DNA from: Selaginella moellendorffii
Taxonomy: Eukaryota; Plantae; Lycopodiophyta
Direction of reading: 5' to 3'
DNA length: 64,000 nucleotides
Assembly (NCBI RefSeq): GCF_000143415.4
Contig: NW_003314267.1
Span: forward strand, 1,686,100 to 1,750,099
The translations under genes were made by a program, and so were the position numbers. The notes below the pieces were generated by a model that was not told the DNA's origin, searched no databases, and saw only the letters and a list, made by a program, of their open reading frames with translations. Within the stretch, counting starts at the first letter, position 1, and each line of letters begins with the position of its first letter. Of the stretch, positions 1-11,435 are shown in pieces.

Positions 1-196
1 TGTTTGTTTATAAAAATATCTTTTATATGCCCAGGCATATTAAACTACTAAGTAGCCACATTAATATAGAATACGGAATTAGTAGTTTAAAAAATAAATC
101 TTATTTAATGAACTAAATCTTGTGATTTAGGGTTAAAATATTCTATAAATAGGCAGCCGTCAGATGTTACCAGCCAATAGGGCTAGTTCTTTCAGC

Positions 197-3002
197 ATGG
201 CATCTATGGAGATTGCTCCTTTCCAGGAGCTTAAACGTGCCATCAAGGTTGTGGACGCTAAAATCGAGGGAGTGGAGAAACAACTGGCGAGCGAGCAAGA
301 TCAGGAGGAGGAGCAGCTGCGGAAGAAGATGCGGAAGGAGAAGGAGCAGCTGCGGGAGAAGAAGCAGCTGAGGGAGAAGGAACTCCTCCTACTTAAATCT
401 AATGGTAAGCCTTTTCCCGTATCATGCTATGCGGATCTGAGACATTTGATTCGCTTGCAGTGCCCCACGGAACCGGCGGATCTGGTAAGCAATTTGTTTC
501 TGCTTGCCCCAAATTTCCTTCTTCGTCATTCTCACTGTATGCCCCAGAATTGTGCTGAGGCATTTGTTCGTGGCCTCGTGTTAGTGCTGGATTTTTTTGT
601 ATTAGCCACGATTTTGTGAGGTTTGCTGGTACTGGGCATGTCTTTCTCTTCGCTTTCATGTAGTCTGGTGTTGTGTTGTAGTTGGGCGTCCCTGCGTCTT
701 TTGTGTTTCGCTGACGAGATGTTTTGTCGTGGCTAGCTATGTCGTTGTGTCATGTTTGCTATGGCGTTTTTATCCCCTTATTTTTTTTTTCGGTTTTTCT
801 TTTGCTGCCTGGACCCTTGAGCAGCCATTTCGAGTCGTGGCCGGCTATGTCGATCTGGTTCATCTGTAGTTGGCGTCCCTGCGTCTTTTTTGTGTTGCGT
901 TTACTTATGATGACGAGATCGTTGTGTGTGTAATGGGCTGACAAGCTCTTTTCTTTTGTTACTGGCATTTAGCTGTTTTTCACATCTTATTTTCCGGCTT
1001 TGAGCAGTTTTTTTCTCTTTGCAGACGCAACCAGGTATAACTACGAGCTTCCGACGTCTTTAGAAGCGGGTGACATGTTCCACTTCTGCCCAGAGGTCTT
1101 CCATAAGGATTTCTATTATGTTCAGCAGGTGTGGAAACCATTTTACACAGAGATGAGCAAGGTTACCCAAGGGCACGTTAGCGTGGTACACGTCTCCGGC
1201 AACCCCGGCATAGGCAAGTCCCATTTTCTGGTTTACGTGCTCGTTAATCTACTCAAGGAAGGGAAGACCGTCCAGGTGGAGCTCGTTATTCAGGAAACTG
1301 TGGATTATTATGCTTTCTATCCGGACGGGACATACCAGATTCTTAACGAGTTTAACAGGTCGCTGCAAGGGGAGATCCTACTGACTGATCAGAGGTTTTT
1401 TGGTCACTATGGGCGAATTACGTATATCTTTGCATCTCCCAATAGAGACAACTGGGTGGAAGCCTGGAAGAACATAACCTCGAGCCGCTTCCAACAGCTT
1501 TTTATGCCGCCTTGGTCCTTTGAGGAACTAGAAAATCTTTTCTACCAGTACGAGTATCTGGAGAAGAACAGGTTCTCAGACCCTCGAACGGAGTTTCGTG
1601 TGAGAAATCTACTATTTGGTCCTATACCCAGGTGGTACTTCTTCTGCACCCTGGAGATCGGATATCAGGAGATATTAAAGAATGTACATAAGATGGTCAG
1701 GGAAGGGGTGCTTCAGGTGCAGGACTTCAGAGGCGCTAATGACAAGGAAGAATATTCATATACGGTGTTCACAATGTGGCCAAGTGCGAATTTTTCGTAT
1801 ATTCAGTCAATCAGGCCTGTCTCCCAGTGGATTTCACAAAGGATTGCTCAGGTGGCCGCTTACACGGAGGGGTTTGAGACCTTCGTCTTGGCTGCTGAGG
1901 GTGACCCGGCATTGAAAGTCGCTGCTGGGAATTTGTTTGAACGTTATGCCCATGAACGGCTTGCACAGGGGGGAACGTTCAAAGCCGTGGAAGATGGATC
2001 TGATGTGGTGTTGCAAACTCGTCGGATCAAGTATTTTTCTGGTTTGGCAGTGTCGGCGGATCCCAAGTGGAGGAAGGACACATGTTACTATTGGGTGCCT
2101 AGGAACAAGAACTTCCCCATCGACAGTATAACACCGAACCATATGATCCAAGTGTCCTTGGCGAAGTCGAGGAAGCCCATGGATCGGGCTGTCTTCTCCA
2201 GACTGCGGTTGGATTTAAACCAGGTAGGTGCAATATCTTTATTATGTTTGGCACTGAACTCCTAACCGATGCAGGACGCTTATATGGTGCTGGTGAAACC
2301 TGAGGGTGATAGAAGAAGTGCCCCGGTTATTAAAGTTCAAAGTTCAAACGAGCAGAAGGTGCTGTCTGATGAAGACAAGCAGTTGGTCTTAGTTGGTGAT
2401 TTGAGGTATTGCCAGATCCAGGCATTGTGCAAGAAGTATGGAATTCATGCAAACCAGCACAAGGAGGTGATGCTTAAGGAACTCGAGGAACTTGTGGCTC
2501 TTGCCAATGTCCAGGATGGTGGTGGCCTGCAAGAGGAGCAACTGAGGCCGATTGTGAAGACTATTGCATTGCGGGGTGGCTTCTCAGGTTGGCGCTATCT
2601 GACTCTCGAAGAGCTTTTCACCTCTGTGAAGAACGACATCCATTATGGCAATTATGAACCTTTTTTTGCGCTGGAAGATGATGCTGTTGAAGACAACGGA
2701 CATGCAGCAATGGATAATTGGGACATAAAGCTTGGCTTCCATGGGGGTAAGATAAAAAATGTGTTTCAGTTATAATCACTGATCAACGTCGAATAATCGC
2801 AGATGGAACTGCATCCGGGTTTGAATCTGAGATCGTGTACACTGCTCTAATGGAGGAGACCCAGGTGACCTTGAAGTTGGCGCATCTGGATGGTACTCTA
2901 GCTGGAAAGCAGGTGAGGGTGAAGGTAGAAGGTCACGAGGGTAGACCATTGATCTGGAAGTCATATCAGCCATGTGAAGGATGTGAGGTCCTCCTTGTAT
3001 GA
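197..3002 (+). CDS. Crinkler/RHS-like protein copy 1 (coiled-coil header + CR-type P-loop NTPase + REase-fold nuclease + SAP-like motif), ~700 aa, apparently intact
   Basis: Exons 197-404, 461-484, 1025-2223, 2275-2746 and 2803-3002 join in frame at GT-AG introns (2103 nt). Motifs: VSGNPGIGKS (Walker A), MPPWSFEEL, FGPIPRW, AGNLFERYAH, YWVPRNKNFPIDS, IQVS, and LRYCQIQALCKKYGIHANQHKEVML (SAP-like). TATA-like ctataaat at ~143. Confidence 0.75.
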
Positions 3003-4540
3003 GTGAGAGATCTTTTAGCGTACCCATATTTCATATACAGATATGTCTTATCAGATCACTTTCCTCTAATAGTTTCTTGTCTGTGAGAAATAATGTTTCC
3101 TTTCTTCAATCAGCTCAGTGGAGTACCCATCTCGTGGCATCTCCAAATGCTTCAAGGATGAAACTTGTTGAGGCAAGGATGAAGGCAGGGAATGGGGTGG
3201 GTGGAGGGGGTATGGCCGTAGTCGTGGCCTGGTTCTGAGTACCCATCGTGGCACATTTGGGTCTTGAGTTGCTCGGCTTGAAACTGTTTGAACATGTACA
3301 AGTACAGAGTGGGGTTCAGAAGCGGAAGCAGAGTCTAGGTCGAGAGTCAAACAGACACCCCGGTCAACTAATTCAAGATTTGGAATACATAAATGGTTGT
3401 TTCTATAAAAAGCAAGAAGGTTCCTTTAGAACTGGCGGACACAGGATACAAAAGTGGAGAACTTATTATTGAAAAAGAATGCACAAAAAGTGTAAGTCCA
3501 GGTATGACACACACCAATTCAAGGTACTTTGCCACTAATAGCATGTTGAAACCATGCAACGTGTCTAACAAGTCACCCATTCCCCTTGCTAATAGCAAAC
3601 TGATAGGCTCTGGAAGTTTAGTTGGCAATGACGCCGTGAAAGCTAAACTCTTTTAACCATTAAATTATGCATTAGGTAAGAGATGAAGGGTTTAGGCATT
3701 TTCAAGATCTAAAGCAATAAAACAATATCTTCTAGAAAGTTTAAAATGCTAGACCCAAGAACTGCATTGAGTAGATAAGGTATGAATGATGCCTAAAGTC
3801 TTTTGTCTAACTACAAATATAGTTTATTACATACATATTGGAGATTTAAATTTTTTATGCTTATATCTAAATTATTAAGTCATGCTTTGCTAATATATAA
3901 TTTTTTTTTGTAATTCTACTTTTCATTTTATTTCATGGTTGAAATATATTAGTTTTCTTGAAATATTAATATTCTAAGTTTATTTATATCCCAAGTAAAA
4001 ACATACTTTACATGTAACTATAAGAAGCAATTTGTGCTTGCAAGTTTTTGGGGAACACCTTGCAAGAGGAAGTATACCTAGAATGGGTAGCCTAGCAATA
4101 AAATTTTTTGTTTTATATAGCAATATACTCTTAAATATTTTTTGTCAAAATTTAATATTATAAATTTATTTTAATAGTATTTAAAAATATAATAAGAAAA
4201 TATTCTATACAGATGGCCTATCTAGATATCACTAAAACATATCAAAGCTAACACCAAGTGATGGTATATCAAGAATATTACCACTCAATTGACTAAATTT
4301 GAGTTTACTATAGTTTTATGAGTGTGTAGGCATGATTAAAGCTTTAATTGTTAATACAAAAAAATTAAAAATCTTTAACAATAACATTATATATATATAT
4401 ATATATAATATTTTTATATGTAGCCATAGTTATTTACAATTTAAATCCTTAAAAGAATAATTTACTCCATGTAGCATACATCAATGCTTGATTTTCTTAA
4501 TAGTAGTGTTATTCTTATTTATTAATTCAATTGATCAAAT

Positions 4541-4543
<3 letters not shown>

Positions 4544-4592
<49 letters not shown>
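4544..4592. repeat. (AT)n microsatellite in an AT-rich block
   Basis: Perfect AT dinucleotide run. Confidence 0.95.
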
Positions 4593-4596
<4 letters not shown>

Positions 4597-7469
4597 CACA
4601 ATACTAATTTTATTAAATATCACTAGAATCATACTAGAAAGTTTTTACGAAATTAATAAGTCATAAACATGTTTATAAATTATGACAGTTAGATGGTAGA
4701 ATATCCTAGAATACACAAGCATATTTTAGGTATATTCACTACCACCCACAAAAAATCAAGATAATGTATGCAGTATTTGATTAAGCAGTAATATTTTAAA
4801 TTCTTTTTTCTAGCTACTATTAGTTAATACTATAGAATATAAGTTTTGAATTTACATTTTATTTATCATATATATTTATAAAACATTTTCTTAGTAATTA
4901 TTTTTTAAATAACTAAATTATTATTAATTATTTTTAGTCAATGTTCTATTTCTTTGTTTGATAGAATATTAATATAATTTTATTCTAGTAAAAACATAAT
5001 TTACAGGAAAAAGTAAAAACTTTAATTCTAATATTGTATTTTCGAAATATATTCATATTTCCAAATAATAATTTTATCTAATATTTTTTAATAAATATTT
5101 ACATATTTATTCTTACTTATATATTCATATTATCAAGTTCACAAGAGCAAAAATATTCATATTAAATAACTAATTTTTATATTCACCAGCCTGAAAGGTT
5201 AGGGCTGTCTGATTGCAAGCCCCAAGCTATGCCAACTTTCCATTGGCCAATCAAACATCCACAAAAGTTTTGCTGAAACCATACAAACTGGGCTTATCAT
5301 TGGCTTGCATGCGATAATATAGATATTTGACACGTGTCCATTTGCATTTGCGGATGCCAAGCAAGAAGGTGAATCAATGGTGGAGGTTAGCCACAGATGA
5401 CTGTGGCATCTGTGGAGTGGCGGAGCTGGAGCAAGCTTTCAATGCAGCCAGAACCATCAGAGAGTTGCTTCAGTCCCTGTTCTTCGAAAAAGCTTCAAGG
5501 CAAGTTCTTCCTTGTGGTTCTCCTGAGTATCCCATCAGCAAGGGAGTCCACGAGACAGCATTGTAATATCTCATCCTGATAAGAGCTTTGCAAGATGCTT
5601 CCACACTTGCAATACGTATCATTAACCAAGACGTTCCTCAAAGCCATAACTTGCAAACCCAAGCCAAAACTTTGATGACCTTCCCATCGAGCTCCTTGCT
5701 TTCTTCTCGAGCCACCAATCCCAAGCAAGCCTTGAAAGCAGCGACAGACAGCCGGTAAGACAGGAGAATTTACGTGTTTAGGGTGCACTCGCGAATGACA
5801 GGCGCTCACTTCCTCCATTGCAGATCTACTCATTTGTGTTCACAGGTGTTTGCACAACCACGGCCGCTTACAGAGCAGCAGTCGCTCTTGCACAAGCATT
5901 GGGTATGTATCTCCCGCCTTTGTGATCTGGACATATGAAAGGCACAGAGTTTGTAAAATACCTCTTAATTCCAACAATAAGCTCAACAGCAAGAGCAAAG
6001 CAACTCTCTTCATTTTACGTACTGTTTTCAAGGCCCTTGCAGGGTTGGAAGTCATGAATGGCAAGGTAAATCTATGCCACCTTTCTTTCCTCTTGCTCAA
6101 GAGTCAAACAGATCAAGAGGGCAACACAATGTCCTGTTGGAAGCAAAGGCTAGTCTGATTACTATAATTTTTTTGTCACTTTCCATTTCTTTCTGCATTT
6201 CTAGGAGGCTTTCAAGGCCGATAGAGTTAGAGGTCACAGAGGCGGGCTCCTCAGCAAGAGAACAAACAAGCACTACAACCTCCACACACAAATTCGTGCA
6301 AAAAAACCAAAACAAGATGGCAAGCTAGTAGTAGCATGTCAATGTGATGCCTGGATAATTTCAAGGACAAAGGATCACATGTCCTTGAGGAGCTGTCTTG
6401 CCTTTAGCATTGAATTCACACTTTCAACAATCAAAATTGTCTGTGGAATTTCATTTAATTACCAATTTATGCTTACCATCATTTATGGGCTGCGGTGTTG
6501 TGGGGTCCTTGGAGGCGGGTGAGGCAAATTGTGTAGTGGTGGCCACCAAGAGAATGCCTTTGCTTCTGGAAATGATCAACACTTTGGCATTTCTCCAGCG
6601 CTCAATGACTATGAAGCTATTTTAGGTGCAATTTTCCTATTTTTGTAATTTGTCAACTTGGCCGTTTGATTCGTGCTAGAAATTCCTTAGAAAGATTGAA
6701 GTGTGGGAATGAGAGCTCTTGGAAGTGAACAACCCTCAATAATGACAACAAAGACTGTTGGTAGTGGAAGGTTTTGCCAACACCCGTCAAATTCTGCTAC
6801 GTATATATGTGTTTTGTGAGATTATAAGGATTGAAAGCAAGGATCGAAAGCATACACAGTTTGTAGGGCTTGCTTCCACTGACACTTACCGACACGCCAC
6901 GGACTGCACCGACACTTACAGTTTGTAGGGCTTGACTTCACCAAAGTGGGCTTTAAATTGATTGTTAGCATTGCGCTTCACATGAAAGAGCCACTTTGTA
7001 CTCACAATTTTCCGATCTGCTGGTGGAAACCGAAATCCGCGCATTAAAGAGTTGGACTCAGAGTCCATTCCAAGTGGACCTGATAATTATTCAGGTCTAA
7101 TTCTGCTCGTTTTTATTTTGCTAATGCTGAAACTATTCCTGAGCCACAGATGAAGCTGCTGACTTTCCTAGCTGCCTGTGCACGAGCGGAAAAAGTGGAC
7201 GACCAGAATGTCCAATAATAGTGCGTCCAGAAGTATCACTTTGAGCTCCCCACTGATCCTTGCAACATGGCAGCTGGTTGATGTCTGGCCGGTAGCAGAT
7301 GTTCCAGCACTCCCACCACCACCACTTATAAATCCACCTCCGCCACCCCACCTATTCCACCCCAGGATGACGGCGATTGGAGGAAATATGTCTTCAAGCA
7401 CAAGGCTTCATGCCTCTCCATAAGGACATGCCTTCATGTCCTCTCCATCTGGGACAGATGAGTAAGTCG

Positions 7470-8290
7470 CATGGTATCAGGTACACCGTGCTTGTGATCT
7501 CTGGTTATCAATTGTCAGAGACTGTTGCATGTTCGCAGTCATGGCAAACAGCACCAGTGGCACTGTTGTGGAGCAGCATCTAAAAGAGAATTCCACACAT
7601 GTGAATTTCATGTTTATGAGAGATAATTGTGATGTTAATGTTACAGGCACTGAGCATTGCCAGATTGGAAAATTCAAAACAAGCAAGCCTTGTCCACAAT
7701 TGGGATTAGTCTTGGTCAACAATATATTCATCTTCTTCATTGTACCAAGAGTTCTAGTGAAGCCAAGAATCATCGCTTTCGCAAAGCATGCAAACAAGCA
7801 CTATTTTGTCACTTTTCTTGCATGTTTGTCTCATGAAGCACAAAGAGCAAAGTTTTCCAGCAGTTTAAGGATTTTTGTGCTAAAGTTGAGAAGCCAACAG
7901 GGAGCTGGTCTACACACGTTGAAAAAGGATAGCAATGATGTTTGCCTTCATTGGAAGTCTTGGCACAACTAAGAAGATGAATATATTAGTCACCAAGATT
8001 AATCCCGATTGTGTACAAGGCTCACTTGTTTTGAATTTTCTAATCAAGAAGTTCAGCTGATCAAGCAGCAGGTTCTGGCTCAGTGCCTGCAATAATAGCA
8101 TCACAATTGCCTCACATAAACATGACCTTCAACAGTGCTGCCCTATAGACAGGGATAAGACACTGCTCCACAATGGCGCCACTGCTGCTGCTTGCAATGT
8201 GACTGCAAACACGCAACAATCACCAGCAATTGATATGGTGCCGGAGATTACAGGAAGCACAGTGTACCATTCACAGCTCTGATACCATGA
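7470..8290. repeat. Fold-back inverted repeat (arms ~7470-7800 and ~7910-8290)
   Basis: For example gattggaaaattcaaaacaagcaagccttgtccacaattgggatt pairs with aatcccgattgtgtacaaggctcacttgttttgaattttctaatc. Mirrored at ~29570-30390. Confidence 0.85.
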
Positions 8291-8414
8291 TGATACTGCT
8301 AAAGAGCATCTTGATGACCCTAGGTACACACTAACTGCCTAGGAACTGAACCTGCCTACATGGCATAGAGCCAGTGACCCATACACTTGTAGAAGAGCTT
8401 CCGAACTGTGTTAG

Positions 8415-10538
8415 ATTGGACAGCAGCCTCTTTTTTGAGAGCGAGGATGCATTTGTCGTGTCCATGGTGGAGAAACTTGATGGGGATCAGGGAACTCAGA
8501 AAAATTTTGATCAATCAATTTCTAACAGTATATATATCCGAGAGTAGCATATAGGATTCCGAGCGAGGAAAGAGAGCTGGGTACAATGCAGTGCTACTGG
8601 ATAGATTTGCAAGCCATGTTGCTTCTGGGGTTTAAACTTTGGAAGCACTCAGCAAAGCTGTCCAGCATGAGGCCGTGTTCTTCGTATCCATCAGAAATGA
8701 AGATCTCACCACCTCAATGTCGCTGCCTAGAAAGAAATCTTCCACCTCTTGTGTCTATCCATGTAATATTATAATGTATGTTTAGATTGCTTATATAGCA
8801 ATCTATAGTGATTGGGTGATTGGGTAGCTGCCCCGAGCGAGACAAGAGATCGAGCATACACATGTAATTTTCTTTCACGTGCTTGATCGACGCAAAGTGG
8901 TAACATCCATCACGGATAATCCCTCCGTGGCTATAGCAAAATCACAAAAGCAGGTAAAACTCCATCCAGTGACATCTCGAGGTAAAGCTCCAAAGTCAGT
9001 TACAAGCAATATATCCCAAGCATGGTCGCTGGAATTGGCGACCTCGATCAGGGCATCCTTGTGTGTGATTGCGGGCGTGGAGCTGGAATCCACAGTGGGG
9101 GCTGCGCTGGTCAATACGTACTGCAAGTGTGGCCAGTTAGTTCCAACCAGGGCCATCTTGGACAAAATGTACGAAAGGGATTCTCTCCTTGACAGCATAT
9201 ACCCAGTCTGCATGCAGTGCTACGATGGATCTGAGACCGATCATGGCGCCTTCCACACGTGCACGAGCATCTCAGCCATTGCCCTCACTGACGAGCTTCT
9301 TTGTCAGTACCTAAAACAAACGATCTCTCTCCAAACCTTTCTTGTTCTTGAAACTCTGTAGAATGTTGCATGTACAAGATCCATGTCAAGCAGAACGTCG
9401 ACGCGAAAAAACAGACCTGGAAACAGCTCCGTAAAGGGCTGGCCATTTAGAGGGACGTCTGTCCACCATCTCATTGCTCTTGCTGAACGAAATCTGTGCA
9501 CCACAGGTCGCCCATCGACCAGAGCATGTGTTCGGTCCAAAAGTTGCGCTTTCAGGCCGAAAGAACTGCAGCAGTCACGCAGTGCCCCGAGCTGCTGCTT
9601 GTCCATAGCGAGCGGATTGGCAAGGTGCTAGGATGCGCTCTACAAACATGATCGTTGTTTGATTTGGTCTCGATCCGTCCTCAAGCATCGATCGATAGGT
9701 GGATATCGCCTCGCGAAAGTGGCGATTCGGGTCATAGGCAGCGATCATCGCATTCCAGGCAGCAGTGTCTCATCGACCGGGGATTCTGTGGAAGAGATCC
9801 TTGGCATGGTCGACGAAGCCGTGCTGGGAATAGGCGGCGAGCATCGCCGTCCAGGCCACCGCATCCTTGCCCGGCATTGCATCGAAGATCGCTCGCGCCT
9901 CTGCCAGATAACCCAGCTGGGCGAATGCCGTGAATAGGAGCGTCCAGGAGAAGATGTTCTTGTCGCGGATGCTATCAAACGCGGCCCGCACGCGATCGAG
10001 ATCGCCGAGCCTGCCATACATCTGGACGATGATATTTCCCAGAAACGTGCTGCGATCCACTCCAAACCCGCTGCTGCCGATCTGCTGGTGCAGTAGCGTT
10101 GCCTCAGCGATGGATCCACATCGTCACAGCTGGCTCGCAAAGAGGCAGTTCCCGGGTAGGGTGAGCACGTTCCCGCCCAAAACGGGCGAGCCGGGTGTTA
10201 GCCCGGCAAGTGTGTTCTGGAGGGAACCAGCAAGGCCGTGCCCGCCTTAATGGGCTGTGGCGAGACTGTTAACGGACACGTGGAGACTGTTAACGGACAC
10301 GTGGAATAATGTTATTGGAGGATGAGAGGGTTCTTCAGAATTGGCAGCTGGTAGCCTGGTTCTCTAGAACCTGGCAGCTGGCAGCTAGGTTCTGGAGAAC
10401 CTGGCAATTGTCAGCCATGTTCTTGCAGAGAACTTGACTCAATGCGACAGCTGCCAACGGTTGGATCAAGTTAACGGGCGAGCCACAACCCGCTAAGAGG
10501 TTGACACGCTCTGGCTGCTGGATTGTGGCATCGCTCAT
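8415..10538 (-). pseudogene. Scrambled pseudogene copy of the PPR gene at 37982-39508
   Basis: Segments match the intact PPR gene in alternating orientations, with deletions and insertions. Confidence 0.9.
10146..10490. mobile_element. 345-bp non-autonomous insertion with a ~10-bp target-site duplication
   Basis: Flanked by CGCAAAGAGG and CGCTAAGAGG. The empty site CGCGAAGAGG is in the intact PPR (38020-38029, minus strand). A diverged second copy lies inverted at ~22880-23150. Confidence 0.75.
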
Positions 10539-10659
10539 GGAAAATCAAAGGCGGGAAGTCGAGTTTGCTATAGGCAGGTGAAAGCTATGTGTAGCGCCTA
10601 GTCTACTTTCACAGGGGAGAAATTAAGAACAGCATTACTTGGACTACCCTTCCCACTAT

Positions 10660-11215
10660 TGTTAGGATCCTATCCCTTACACCCTAAGCCAACTGGCTAA
10701 AGGGGTGATCACTTGATTGCAAGGCCCTTTCTTTATCCTATTATCCTGACCTGGTGCTTAACAATCCTCCCCCTCGTCAGGGAATGATCGTCCGCGATCA
10801 TACTTAGGCCACCATCCGGTCACCATGGTCCTTCTCTTAGGGTCTACCAAACCTTGGTTCTCCCTCTAGATCCACCATGTTGAATATTCCTTCAAAATAT
10901 TTTTGCCCCACTCGTCAGCCATGAGAATCAAACTGGGCTCCGATACCAATGTTAGGATCCTATCCCTTACACCTTAAGCTAAATGTTATGATCCGGTGCA
11001 AAAAGACAGAGATCTAGTCGCTTTAGACTATGCTACACCACCTCTTGAGGTTCCTCACCACCCAACTACCCCCGAGCTACCTCAAAAGCTCCACTGCGCC
11101 GCCGCTCCACTGTGAGCCCTAGGGTAGGTTAGTCCCTTACCCTAACATGCCTTAATATACCCTTGAGCCTCCTTTTGACCAACGTTGACCATGTAGTCAA
11201 AGCTGGCATTTAACA
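10660..11215 (-). mobile_element. TRIM-like miniature LTR retrotransposon
   Basis: LTR 10660-10763 (TGTTA...TAACA) with adjacent PPT (minus AGGGGGAGGAT). PBS minus TGGTATCGGAGC at 10937-10948. Second LTR starts at 10950. TSD ACTAT/ATTAT; empty site at 37848-37852. Confidence 0.8.
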
Positions 11216-11435
11216 ATTATGCATACACTAGACAACCATAGAAACTAATGGCAAATGGCTATTTTTTTGGTTTAGATTGTTATTTACCACCCGGTTGTTG
11301 TGATTTGCCTGATTCAAGTGCTACCACCCTTAAACTTGCCACGTGCCCCGGTGCAACGGCAGCCGTTGGATGTTACCGTTTTTTTCTTTTTCACATCTTA
11401 TTTTCCGGCTTTGAGCAGTTTTTTTCTCTTTGCAG

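Larger units (their letters stand above)
151..9648. repeat. Left arm of a large inverted segmental duplication (mate 27953-37682)
   Basis: Colinear reverse-complement similarity through the Crinkler gene, its 3' flank, an AT-rich block, the spacer and the scrambled PPR fragments. Confidence 0.9.

Noticed and set aside
8276-8287. PBS-like GCTCTGATACCA
   Set aside because: No adjacent TG...CA LTR; it lies at the end of a fold-back arm.
10795-11000. Possible Cassandra (5S-carrying) TRIM, from the matches GCGATCATAC and TGCACCGGATC
   Set aside because: The matches are only 10-11 nt, lie on opposite strands, and there is no colinear A-box/C-box region.
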